A stretch of 62,952 nt of DNA, the filler included, from Sphaeroforma arctica JP610 (taxonomy: Eukaryota), in assembly GCF_001186125.1 (NCBI RefSeq). It is 3 parts of 2 records of this genome, joined end to end, with 100 filler letters (N's around TTAATTAATTAA, not from the genome) between each part and the next. Parts side by side here need not be neighbours in the genome. Positions count along the whole stretch, not along the records: positions 27,969 to 53,817 come from NW_014040551.1; 2 more parts are not named here. One strand, 5' to 3'. Positions 27,969-41,300 of this stretch are shown here, one piece after another. The notes below the pieces were generated by a model. That model was not told where the DNA came from and made no database searches. It worked only from the letters and a program-made list of their open reading frames with translations. The position numbers and the translations under genes were made by a program. Each line of letters begins with the position of its first letter. Positions within the stretch are counted from its first letter, which is position 1.

Positions 27969-28040
27969 TACGTACGTACGTACGTTAACGTTAACGTTAA
28001 GTTAACGTTACGTTACGTTACGTACGTACGTACGTACGTA

Positions 28041-28108
<68 letters not shown>

Positions 28109-28270
28109 CTAGAGAGAGTAGTAGAGAGAGGTCTCCATTATTCTCAGCCTTCTAAATTACACAAGAAGGCTATAATTAATATAGTTCACGAGATACAGGA
28201 TCAGCCTACCGCGCGTGGCACCTACGCGCATAAAGAATCGAGCTTTCTAAGCGCGTATAGACGCTTATTA

Positions 28271-28747
28271 ATTTATGTGAATAGTGATTGTTGTCTATAA
28301 CGTCATGCCGTCTCTCTAATACGATCACAACGTGTTTGCACAATTTTCACTTTCACCGTTCACACCCATCACACCATTGCAAGCAATTTCGATCGATTGA
28401 ATGAGTGAAATACCCAGTAAAATGACTATAGAACTAATCATTGTAGAAGCACCACTTCTTCTCTGTATGATATTTACGTTAGCTAACTGATCGATTCAAG
28501 AAATCATCTATAGGAAGCAAAGAAAAATCTATTTATTCCACGACAATAGGTATTATACCTTGATTTATGTGAATAGTGATTGTCTATGAGATCATACCAA
28601 TCCCTTTGTACAAGTCTCACTTTCACCATTCACACCACCACACACCATTGCGTGCAATTTCGATCGACATACCCAGTAAACTGACTATAGAACTAATCAT
28701 CGTAGAATCACCGCTCCTTCTCTTTGCGGGGTTACATTAGCTAACTA
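28271..28747. repeat. Diverged direct duplication (~190-220-bp similar segments)
   Basis: atttatgtgaatagtgattg...cacaccattgc...tacccagtaaa...gactatagaactaatcat...tagctaact begins at 28271 and again at 28563. Confidence 0.85.
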
Positions 28748-29359
28748 TCCCGTACGAAAAAAATACTCCGTCGACGACACGGTAATGGCTTTTTTTCTGA
28801 AATAAATATGTACTTTTAAAAAATGTACTGTACGTAGTACGTATTTATTTATGTACTGAAGTATATGTTTTATTTTATTTTTCTAAAAAGATATATACAA
28901 TATTTACTATGTATGTTTGTATTTACCATTTATTTATGTAGTGGCTATGTATGTATTTATTTATATACTACACATGATAAATATGCATAAATTGCTGGGC
29001 TATATAGTTTAACTTTTATTAAAAGGCAGCACTTTTCGCTATGACAACGTGTCCGGACGTCACGTCTTCTATATTACATTAAGGAGTCCGATATACGTCA
29101 TGATATTCTCTTTTAAAACGAGACATATCGCGACGGGTCGGAAACTAGTTTACCATGAAGACATATCTTTGTCGTATACCAGGCCAGATAAATTGCGTAT
29201 TGGTTATTGCGCGACTGCGCTTGGCTGGAGGGCGTAGCACAGGGCGCCGGCCCAGGCCCAAGGGGCGTACGGGCTACACACGTACTCTATTGTCCAGCTA
29301 CCCATTGGTCGCAGTTTCTGACAACCACTCGCAAGCAAGCTGCGTAGCTCGCAAGTCAC

Positions 29360-30110
29360 AGGCTCTGAGTCACGACTCGACTCACGACTCACGACTCACG
29401 ACTCGCGCCTCGCGAGTCAACGAGTCACACCCAGTCGTCCACACTCTACACTCCTGTCACTCCACACTTCTTATTGTGTTGTGTTTGTGTAGTGACAGTC
29501 CACACTCCACACTACACAGTCTACACTCCACACCACAGTCTACACTCCACACTCACCACAGTCAACAGAATTACACTCCTCAGTCCACACTCCACAGTCC
29601 ACACTCCACAGTTACAGTGTTCCACACTCCACAGACCACAGTCACACCAGACGCCACTCCGCGGACCACTGCTGAGTGCTAACTGAACTGAGAGGTCTGA
29701 GTGTACTAATGCACTGAATGCAGTGATGCACACTTATGTCGTAGTAATTTAGTACACTACTACTACACAGGAGGTGCATAGGGGAACAGGCGGTACAGCC
29801 CAGGCGTACAGCACTGTGACTCTGTGAGTGAGCCAACAGTCCCACACAGGCACACATTCCAGTCTCTACTGCAAAAATAGTATTTAAATACACTCCCAGC
29901 AGTGAACAGTCTACTGACTCCACGAGTCCACACTCCACAGCGATGAGTGAGTCCAACACCTCCACACTCCACAGTCCATACTCTCCAGTTTCTCCAGGAC
30001 CACACAGCCCAGTGAGCCCACACTCCACAGTCCACACCACACTGTCCAGTGTCCACACTCCACAGTCCACAATTCCACGCACACAGGCCAAAACAGGCCA
30101 CAGAGTGGGT
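29360..30110. repeat. Heptamer-stutter region (GACTCAC, CCACACT, CCACAGT)
   Basis: About 29 CCACA pentamers counted by eye on the plus strand between 29430 and 30110, preceded by GACTCAC repeats. Confidence 0.85.
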
Positions 30111-31067
30111 ATTTTTTTTAATTGTATATATAAATTAAAGTACAGGACACCTCAGACTCTCAGAGTGGTATATTAGGTTTGTTTCTTAAAAACTTGGTTT
30201 TGAGTACCACCGAAGACAAAAACTTTTACGTCATAGACCACTCAAAAAAAGTTTACTATCAGGCTTTTATCTCAACTAGAACTAATTATACTGAATTTAA
30301 GTGTGTATTTGAGGTTCTTGCAGTTCTTTCCAGCCATAGCAGACAGATGTTTTTCTTTTTCGCTGTAACAGAGACGTTTTATTGCTTAGTTTCAACTTTT
30401 TTTAGATAAACAACGGATACAAACCACAGAATAAAAAAAGGTACGTGGCAACTTTTTGTGTAGAAAAGAGCGTGCTTTTTTATAAATAGTAAGATGCAGA
30501 TTATCGAAGCCGTCACTCTGTAGTCACGTAAAAAAATTACGATTGGAATAGATCGTGCTTTTTCATAATATATCAAGTCTAGCGGCATACATAGTCGCTG
30601 CATATAGCAATATATTCTCTATCGTCACCATACTGCTGTGTCCACAAATGTCCTTTATGGATAATAATCGGTTAAATCTTCCTAGGTAGGACAAAATATA
30701 TAGAGCTAGAGCCAAAGAAACGACAAATCGACGTTCGTGCAGGGTTTAGAGAAAACCAGTGCATCGCCAGCAACGTACGCGTGTGTAGTGATATCTCTAT
30801 TCGGAAATGAAATAGCGATCACTCGTGGAAGTCTTTGAAGTAGTATTATAGTCAATCAATATCGTATCGTATCTTCGCCTGGGAAGGAGGATATATCTGG
30901 GTGCTTATGGTTCTCGACCCTGGTCCACTTCAGGTTGAAACGTATTTATACATATATATATATATATATATATACATTATAAAGTTTGAAAGCCAAACTC
31001 GTTGTTATAGGATATATCATTGTTTATATAGAAGCCACAGTACTGCACAAGCGCAAACCAGTTCAAG

Positions 31068-33071
31068 ATGACAAATGAGGTTGTGGCTACTGGTATGGAC
31101 CTGCCACCGCAGCGCGGGTCGCTGGATATGACTGCGTTGCTTCATGCAGCTGAGCTACTCAGATTGGAAGAAGAGGGTACCTTGGATCCCAAGACACTTG
31201 CCAGCTATGGCTTGGATCGCGAGAAGTTCTACGGTATGTGGCTTATATAAAATAATATATACAAATGCTTTGAATCGTCGCTCTCGGAAGAGAACGACTA
31301 GCAAGCGTGCACAGTCGTTGGCTAGTTTTCTCTACTGATTACGTTATGTATCGCCCTTGATATGTGCATTTTCGATCTTGATTTGCATGTATGCGAAGTT
31401 AGATCTGGAAAATTCAAAGGCTTTCGTATGCTTGCATGGATACAGGTAAGTTACGGTAACAAATGAATCCGCAGTTTGTAATGGATTCTGATATTATAGA
31501 ATTTAGTGTTTTTTTATTGAGTTTGAAATCGAGATTTGGTCTGTGTTTTTACGATATAGGTTGCGTTGCAGGGTCGTATCGGTCAAGGTCCGTGTCGGAG
31601 TCAGGACTACCGATCTACGGCACGACCAATCAACAGCACAATGACCAACAGTGCTCGTCAACTATAGAGCAATCGTATAATTCAGGCTCCTCAACGCACT
31701 CAACAATCGGAAAGACAAAAAAGCGGTCGATCAAAAATCGGGAGATGCACAACCTGCTCGAAAAGAACAGACGCGCACATTTAAAGAGTTGTTTCGACGA
31801 TTTGCGTGATTCTATACCTGGGTTAGAAGACGGGAAGCAATCGACTGTCTTAATCATCGAGAAGGCCTCAAAGCATATCACAGGCCTAAGTACGAAACAC
31901 AAACAACAATTAGCCGAAATCAATCGCCTGAGGCATTTGAATCAGTGGTGTGCGGAAAAACTGCTTGAGCTGGGAGGCATGGACACGGATGAGTTCGCTT
32001 CAGGTGTGTGTACGGATGAGATACGATACTTTGGTTCCATTACTGAAATCCGTTCACTGCTCTCCACACCTTCGGGAACTGAACAGTCAATGTTGTTATC
32101 ACTAAAGATACACGAATTGTCATCTAGTAGGCACACGTTCTCTTCAAACTCAATAGATATGAATTGGTTCGTTTGTATAATCTTACAGTTCAGTACGAAT
32201 GCACCCGGAGCTTATTAACTCCAGAGTCTGAGACGGGATCAACACATGGCAGCTCGTCCGAATCACATGCCAGGCAACGAACGATTTCTGAGTCTAGCGC
32301 GTCGATGAATCAGCATGTATGTTGTGTGATATGCTCGGGTATGAGTGTTTACGCTTGAGTGTGAGCTATCTTTCGTTTTGATATGTTCGCATACGATGCT
32401 TAAAAACGATTGTGTTGACCTGGCTTGCTTGTTTTGTTGAAAGTTCATTGTCTTTCCAAATAGACTCCGTTGTGCATTTCATTGTATAGTAGTAACGCAA
32501 TTGAAGAATTTTACGTCTAGCGCGTCGATGAATCAGCATGTATGTGGTGTGATATGCTCGGGTATGAGTGTTTACGCTTGAGTGTGAGCTATCTTTCGTT
32601 TTGATATGTTCGCATACGATGCTTAAAAACGATTGTGTTGACCTGGCTTGCTTGTTTTGTTGAAAGTTCATTGTCTTTCCAAATAGACTCCGTTGTGCAT
32701 TTCATTGTATAGTAGTAACGCAATTGAAGAATTTTACGTTATAAATCGAAAGGAATTCGAGCTGTAGATGACATTTGTGACGAAAATGAAAGCAGAACTC
32801 AACAATTCAGTACATTATCTACATTCTGCCACCTATCTATTCTAGGAATTTAGCAGCAAGAATAATGTGCTACTGTGTAAAATTCTTCCTCGATAAATAT
32901 AAACGCGATTCTGTTTTGTTCAAATATATGGGTTAGATTTTAGCTACGTGGCTCACTCTTGTTGTTCATCTCCTACAGGTGCTGCGAACAATGAATCCAG
33001 GAATTTCCTCATCAACGACGGGTCCTACTGAGCAGTATCCTGTTGGAATGGTGATACCCACTTCCTCTTGA
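31068..33071 (+). CDS. MNT/Mxd-like bHLH-Zip transcriptional repressor (Max partner) with a SID motif, 4 exons
   Basis: Exons 31068-31233, 31560(or 31572)-32003, 32189-32316, 32979-33071 in consistent phase. SID-like LDMTALLHAAELL; bHLH REMHNLLEKNRRAHLKSCFDDLRDSIP...; zipper-like INRLRHLNQWCAEKLLEL. Confidence 0.88.
32292..32739. repeat. Near-perfect 223-bp tandem duplication spanning the exon 3 donor of the MNT-like gene
   Basis: Copies begin at 32292 and 32515; one mismatch seen (tgttgtg vs tgtggtg). Confidence 0.93.
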
Positions 33072-34667
33072 TTCTGTACAAGTTTAGTATTCACATACAA
33101 AAATGCTGGTCGCACCAAAGCTGTATTATGGCCTCAGCTCCAGAGCATACCACAGATGCATATACAAGCTAGAATGGCTTAACTTAAAGTGCTCCCATCT
33201 ACTGGAGATCGGCATCTCAGTATCAAATACCGATGCCTTTGTTCTGCTATGCCACGTCATGCCCTAGATTGTCAGGCGGAAGCTGACCTATGCCATTCAA
33301 ATCTTTCTAACAAAAGAGTGCCGACCAGACGAGCGTGTAGTAACGATTAGGGTTGACCGGTCACAGGTTAGGTATTATCTCTGTTCAAGGAAATGCACCA
33401 TGCCATTGTAGTGCTCTTGAGATAGAATAAAACAGAACAGCACTGAGCTGATGATTATTTTACTATTCACGAGTATACACATATTTTGTTTTCTAGTACT
33501 GCCCTTGACAACTACGGTATTGATACCCGTCTGATGCAGTTGCTCGACTTCGTAGTTGGCTGTTAGGTCTACAAGTCCTCAATGTCAATGATCGTATGCA
33601 TGCTCTCATTGTGCTTCCAACTTTTTAAACACTACACCCCATGATATTGCTTTTTGGAGGTGCTTTTCAGTAGAGAACTGCTTGTTATGAATTGTCATGT
33701 CTGGTGAGTACGTATGCTCAGTTCTGGATCTTCAGGACAACCGGATTAGAAGATTGAAGTACTAATTACAAAATAACTACCACTGCTATCGATCTGGATT
33801 GCAACGGGTTGCCCACTCTATTGGTAACAACAATACGTGCCAAAAATGGCGTGATAATACAGCATCACAATCTTGACGTCGGATTCGTTCTGGGGTTGTT
33901 TTAATCGTCTGTGCCTGGGTGTGCAAGTACCGGTATATTCTCAAGAAGACACTAATTGTTTGCATTAAGAGCAGGATTGTGTCTTTAAGAAAGTAAATAC
34001 AATTTGCTGAGATCGATACTTTAGTATGATAACTAACGAAGCATATATTTTACACCTGAATAAAACGGCAGTACTACGCAATTATGATTGGAATACCAGT
34101 TGGTAGGAGTTGTTTTAGCTCAATTGGAAAAAATCAATACCAACACATGAAGCAACTGTTCGTTTTTAGATAGCACTAGCCTCGAGACGACTAAATGATG
34201 TGCTGCTATTGTGAGCAACCAAATAATAGTAGCTATCTAAAGACAGCTCGAGATTGTCGCTGCTACATCAACGTTGCCCAAGGCGAATTCGTTTCCACTC
34301 ATGGCCCATACTTAATATGGAAGGCAAGTATGTTTGAAAAGATACTACCTACCCGTTATGATTTGGTCCTGATCATCTGCCTGTGCAATCTATAGCCGTG
34401 TAGTTTGAGGCCTTGTGTTTCCCTACAAGCTCATGTTTGGGCCATCATATTGCAAGTTGTGTCGAGTTTCGTTGTTTTTTTTCCGCGCAATACAATGATA
34501 TTTAGTTGACCAACCCAAATCTGACCACATTGGGAACATTGTTCTTGAGTGGAAGGCAACACAAATAAGATTCTGCATGAGCGCAGAATGTATTTAAACA
34601 TCAATTATCACTTTCCACGTCCACACTCAAACAAGAAAACACACTGTTTTACTATTCACCAACGACG

Positions 34668-37657
34668 ATGGCGGAAGGTATTCGACACAGCCTTGCCCAG
34701 GTACTAAGAATGCTAAAGGTTATTTCAAAATAAGATTTTCTTTTACGACATTCTGGGTGCGATGATTATCCGTTACTTGGAAGCGAAACACTATCAATGC
34801 ACGGCAATGTTCTCTCCGCTACAATTAAATATTCGAACTTTAAAAAAGGAACATCCGCAGCCCTCCAATAATTGCAGCAAATCAACATAATTCTAATGAC
34901 TTTTGAATATTGAACTCTCAGGATAGCCCTAAACCAGAACGAGCTGGGGAAGCTGGATTCAGCGCCGCGTCAAACTTATCTCTAAATTCAACGGACTGTG
35001 CATCTGCCGACTTTGTTGTCCAACCAGTGAAGCATCCTATGTTTGTGGCGAATTCAAGTGCTGACGCGCCAGACGAGGACGATAATTATGCTACCCAAAC
35101 CCCTCGAGCAACAGAAAGTAGAAACCAGATGTACTTTCAAGACAGGAAGCGAGCACCTCCAAAGGCTAGGCTCTTGACACACATACCTGCTTCCGATGAT
35201 GGCGATCCCCTGCTTCCCCCACCCTACATACATAGCCCTCGTAGCTGGACGTGTAATTCAGTCGTGATGGAAGCTGAGAGAGAAATTGGTGTGCCTACAC
35301 TACCTGACTCGGATATGAAAGTTAACTGTGACGAGCCAGTAAGTGCCGAAAACGAAGATAGCTATGAAAGTTACATGCCCACATTTGCTGAGTATATGAG
35401 TCTAATGAAGAAAGTAGATGAAGAGGAACTCGCAAATCACAGTACATCAAGTGAGTCGAATGGCTCGCCCAATGCTCTACACCACGAATTCGTCGCCGCA
35501 TTGAGCAGCAAAAAAATATCCCTACAAGAAAGCGATATATCGCCCGCGAATGATGCAAATATTGGTAGCAGTAGAGCACCTCATCGAGAGACACCGACGT
35601 ATCGTGACAGCTTCAGTCGTGCTCAGTGTATGAGGACACCACGTCTCAACTCACTGGCGAAAATCAACCCACATGCACCCCCGAAACCAGCACGTGTCCA
35701 TCTCAATAGGGTACACAGGTCAGAACAGAACACAATCGACGATTTCCCCATACGCTTTTGTTTATCTTCCCTGCCCTTTTCTGGAAAAGGAAAAGCATGA
35801 AAGAAGGCCACAACAGATATTAAACACGAAACCAAGACATTGAAGTATAACAATCTGTATTCTTCTGATGCGGAACGAGAAAGGAAACAATTATTTGCGG
35901 AGACGGAAGCACCAGAGCAATGTCTGAGAGATACTGCAGTCGGGATACCTGAAGTGCACTCTTCAAGCGGTCTCTGCAGGGTGACCAGCAACGGGCTCTG
36001 TGAGTCGCCAGGACATCTAGCAGTAAAAGACTACGGCTTGTCAGAGACGGAACACTGTACAGACATATCAACACAACCGCAGTACACAAGCCAATCCGAG
36101 GATTGCGTTAATTGTGCCGAGGATGTGAATGAGTCAACCAGGGAAGTGAGTGGTAATTGCAGCGGGACAGAAGGATTTGTAGTCGATTGTGAAGAATCGA
36201 CAAATTGTTTAGCTGGATATCCGCAAATCTGCAAAAATAGTCCAGCATCATTTCCAGTTGGGTCGATTAGGACCCTTACAAGTGCAGACAGTGAGCATTC
36301 AGCACGTGGAGGGTCACTGATGCTTCCTCGCTTGACGAGCTTCACATCGCACTCTGAGGTACCTCTCGCCAATTCGGGTGTGAGAAGGTCCACCCCTGGT
36401 TCACCCATAGCCCATGGTGTGTGTTTACCCGGACAAACGATGGTTGAATTGTTCGGAGATTTTGATCAGGAATACGACGTGCCTGAGCATACAACTGTTG
36501 TCAATTCTGTTGAGGCTGACAGCGAGATAGGTAAGCCTTCGAACTTATAGCTTGCAGGCTTTATATACGTGTGCACAAATTGAAGTAAGCTCTCTACTAT
36601 TTAAAATAAATAGTTGAAGGATAAGTGTTCAGGTGTGATTGAAGGTATTTTCTATCATGCAACCAGTTGTTCTTGCCCATTACCTTGTTGTGACATATGC
36701 AGATCCGGCAATTATTCGTACTCGGAGAGTTCAAAGAGTTTCAGCGGTCAATCCTACTGTGGCGGCAAACTCAGCTGGCTACCACGAGCATCTCAAACCG
36801 ACATCACAGGGAGATAAGACCAGCATCCCCAATTGTAACACTGCGCAGCACAAGATTTCCTTGCTTGGCCCTCGAGATAAGATATTGATCGCCAAATTGC
36901 TGGAGATTCCAATCTTATACAATGATGTGCAGTTCCTCCGTTTGCACGGAATCCACAACCAGCCAGCAAACGCAACCGGTTTTCTCACAATTTGGCGAGA
37001 TGCTATCGACTTTTCGTAATCAATATTGCCTGATATCCAGTGGCTTGACACCATTAACAACGCCGCTTTCATAGCGACGCAAGCGCAAATCGAGGATGAT
37101 TCGCCGCACCTGCTCAGCGGACACGTCTTGAACTGGTATACAAAGAGCGACAGATGATCGTCCTCCGAAATCTACGTGTCATGAGTCAGGGCAAAGTGGG
37201 ACGAATGTTTGTCGGCAGTTCCAAGACATCACACAACCTAGATATTTTGCACACAATCATCGATCGGATGGTGCTTGCTAGGTCAGAGAGCACGTGTTCA
37301 CCTATGGGATCTCCACGTCGCACGCGGCATGATCATGTGCAGTCACAGTTTGACAGCCGACTTGTACAGTTAGCTGCAGACACGGCCGATCAATGGCTTC
37401 AAACTAGCCTGGCCGATAGTTCTGCGCGTGCAAGCGATGAAGCCATCAAAAAGATTCAGAGCACGAATCTAGGGTTATTTCCTGGTACTTTCCAATTGAG
37501 CCCATGGAGAAATCATTTGTGTAGCCTACAACCTTTTACTAGAAGAAAAGGGTTGTCTCATGCGCGGCATCGATGTCAACCTCATCACCGCCCCCATCGA
37601 CCAGCTATTGCATGCATTACTTTCGCTCATACCGCCTTTGAAAATACTGCTCAGTGA
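34668..37657 (+). pseudogene. Ser/Pro/Glu-rich protein of unknown function, apparently disrupted
   Basis: Exon 34668-34700 splices in frame to 34922. ORFs 34910-35800 and 35840-36550 share a frame across TGA 35798-35800. Intron 36531-36702. In-frame TAA at 37017-37019 and a frame change near 37100. Confidence 0.5.
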
Positions 37658-38398
37658 CAAAAAGTTGGGATTGGCATTTAGGAATATTCTGCTATCAAAA
37701 CCCTATGTCGATGCGGTGAGATCTCCGTAACTGTGGAATACAAACATTAGCTGTGAAACGTGGTCTAAACCTTTTTTTTAGACAAATTCGACAAAATACA
37801 ATAAATGATTACTATTCAAAGTATATTTACACCTAAACAAACACTTGGACAAGGAATCACAAGGTACAATTTTTTCAATTTTTATATTTTAATTGCAGAT
37901 ATTCGCAGATAAAAAGGTGTTGAGCGAATTCCAAACGCCACGCCAGCGGAGATCATGTAGTAAGTTCTTATAAGAATTACTATATATATAACTCAATTCA
38001 CCTAGTAGACATTCATAGCGCTGGGCTGTTTACTCGGTTTTTGAATGTACTTCATGTACTTCATGTACTACAGGTTACATACACAGTCGCTTATATATAT
38101 TTTAAATTATTGTGGTTTGCCACAGAGAAATATGTTGCAATTGACTCATTCTCTCTATGAATCATGATATTTGAAATTTTGAATTCAGTGCAGTCACCTG
38201 AATATCGATGACTCATTTAGATCTCTTGATCTAAACATAAAGTACGGACTCAAGTCTCAGGGGCCATCATTATCAAGAAGAAATGGTCAAGAAATTGTCA
38301 AAATCTTCTTGCGGTCACACACTCTCACGGGTTATGTGAATATATGATACATAACAGGTACAGTGAAGAGCAACAAGCTCGGCCCGTTGCTTCATTAG

Positions 38399-41300
38399 AT
38401 GAGCACGATTGGCTACGGAAAAAGAGGAGCAAGCAACCTTACTTGGTTGAGAAACAAAATGGTTAAAACTCCTGCTAAGAAACAAAGCACATTGTTTTCG
38501 TTTTTTAATAAAACTCCTACTAGAGGAGTCGCATTGTCATCCATCAAAGCTGTAGAGACTAGGAAAAGAATCGACAATACTAAGGGTAAGAAACGTAAAG
38601 TTGGTGATGTGGTTGATATCACAGATGATGAGACGTCGGAGAACAGTAAGCGAACAACACTTCATAAAGTTGTGCGCGAAAATGATTCAGATAAAAATAC
38701 TGCACTTGGCAGTACTGATTTCGAGCTGACCGACGAAGAACGGCAGTGGCTGTTTCGAGAGGCGCTGGCTGCGAATAGAAATTATTGTGGTGTTGGCGAG
38801 TGTTCTAGTACGCACATGAATAATACTGCTCTCAATAGCGCGCAATCTTTGCCGAAATACAAAGTAACGCAAGAAAGGTTAGTGACTAGCAAGAGTGTGG
38901 TTGCCTTGGACATCGATAGGCAACCGGGGATGGTGAAAGTAGAAGGAGGGAGCGGAGATCTACAACTGACCACGACATCTCCCGCTGTAACTCATTCAGT
39001 ACCTGTAAAGAAAGAAAATGTGATATCGAATTTGGCTGAGATTGCTATGCCGTCGAAAGGAGGCGTGCTATTCCTAGATATGAGTCAGACCTTTAGTGAG
39101 TTGGAGAAGGAATCTGGACGCATAAAGAACAGTTTCGTGTTGATTCGCTTTATATGGAGGGTTCTGTGCGAGAGTCAAGATGAGCTGATAGAGGCCGTTT
39201 ATCTGCTGATGGGGATGCTTGCGCCTTCGTACGAAAATATCGCCTTGGGTAAGGATAGCATGAGTGCAAAAGTGACATTGTCTGTCAGTATACATGCCTA
39301 GCATGGATATATATATATATATTCGCCGCGTATTGCTTTGCCTCGTGCTACTTGAGATTGTGAATATGGGTGGGGTGTTTCGGCTTCATTTGATCCTGAT
39401 TTAAGTCAGCAAGAAGATTGTTCTGTACCATGGTTATTCCGGTCTCTGCAAGATCACTAGCTACACGGGTTTTATTCAGGCTTGTTGATTTCTCTGTATA
39501 TTTCATGCTGCTTACCTTCTATCACTTGTAATATGCTGATTGCGCTGTCCCGGATGCGTTGCTCTACAATTACATATGTACTTGTCAAAATCCTTTGGCA
39601 CGGTGTTATCGAATATCTGCCTGTTTTGGACGTTGTGGTATATCAGTTGTATTGTGTTTAGACTAACCTGTGATTTGGATACTGATCTCTCTTCTGCATT
39701 GCTAATTTACATTAATTTACATTCGCTTTGAGATATATGGACTTTTTGCTACGTGTCGGTTCACTTTGAATTGGAAAACCAAGACACCCTCTGACGCTAT
39801 TGAGATGATTAATATGACTCTATCATACTGCCGTCTGTGATACATTTCGTTGCGTATCGTTATTTAAGTTATCATATGTGTATGTAGTTCCCTCACTCAT
39901 GCTCTGATTTTGTTAACGCTCAGGTGTCGGCTCCGCTTCGTTAGCGAAAATTATTGTGGATACCACTGGATCGAACAGGAATACTTTCAGAGCCCTCGCG
40001 AGTGAGCATGGCGATATGGGAGAAGCCGCTTATCGTCTGGCACCCAAACAACGTAGTCAGATGTTTGTTGTGCAGAAAAAAGCATTACGCATGAGTACTG
40101 TACACTCCCAGTTATTACACCTCAGCAAAATATCTGGAAGTAAGGCACAGAGCAAACGAGAGGGCGTGCTGAGGAAGTTGTTTGTCGGCAGTTCCCCGGT
40201 AGAAATGAAATACCTTGTGCGATTGTGTGAGCTAAATTTGCGTGTAGGCGCTGCTCCCAAGACCATCCTCACATGTCTCGCGTACAGTCTATATATGTAT
40301 CTTCATCTCAACATTGTAACAGAAGAGGAGTACGTGAAGTATGATCTCAATCAACTCCGCAAAGATCCTGACGTGCAAATCGCAACTCAGTCGTTGTTAT
40401 CAGCGTATAGTAGGTGCCCGAATCCACGCGTTGTTTTAGAGACAGCACTGAGACTGAAAGATATAAAAGGTTTGGCTGAGAATTGTCCCCTTACACCCGG
40501 TATTCCTGTTAAACCTATGCTTGGGAAGCCTGTTACAAGTATCCATGCGCTGATGGAAAAGCTCCAGGATGCGATGAAAAGTAATAAGTTTTCGGCTGAC
40601 CAGTCGAATAACCAGGAGAAGCAGGATGCTGCGGTGAAATACATTAAGCCGGAGGAGAAAGCCGGGCAAGAGCATCTAACAGCACAGCAACCCTTTGTTA
40701 AGGTTGAGCATGATCTACACATCAATACAGAATCTCCTTCCATATTCTGTTGTGAAACGAAATACGATGGGCAAAGAGTTCAGGTACATAGACTTTCTGA
40801 TGGCACCTACCGGTTTTTTAGTCGGAATCTGTTGGACAATCAAGCATGGCCTGATCTCATTCCGATGCTGCAACAGTCCGCGGCGCAAGCACAGGCGAGA
40901 ACATCAGGCTTGCTCTCTGATGAGGTAGGAACTGCAAATCTTGACGCCAAGGCGAAAGCCAACGCGGGGGATGAGAGCATAGTTCGTGTGAGTGCGGACG
41001 CAGGAAACACTAGTGTTTCATTCATTATCGATGCCGAAGTGGTGGCTGTGCGTCGTAATGAGAAGAAGCCAGAACAGAGAGCAATTCTGCCGTTCCAAAC
41101 CCTATCTACACGTGGGCGAAATAACGTGGAAGTAGGTCGGATTAATGTGCAGGTTTGTCTGATGATATTTGATATCATGTTGTACGACGATAGGGCGCTC
41201 ACAAGCATTCCTTTATTAGGGAGAAGGCGGACACTTCAGCGGGTTTTCGATGTGATACCCGGTTGTGTGGAATTTACGGATTCGATCGAAACTTCCAGCG

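Noticed and set aside
27969..28040. TACG/TTAACG repeats directly after the gap
   Set aside because: Matches the TACG pyrosequencing flow order at a contig end; probably low-quality read tail.
29155..30176. His/Ser/Thr-rich ORFs and Runx-like TGTGG sites in the heptamer region
   Set aside because: ORFs stay open only because the repeat lacks stops; most sites read TGTGGA, not the Runx consensus TGYGGT.
35798..35800. In-frame TGA as selenocysteine
   Set aside because: No redox motif or SECIS seen, and other lesions downstream favour decay or an intron.
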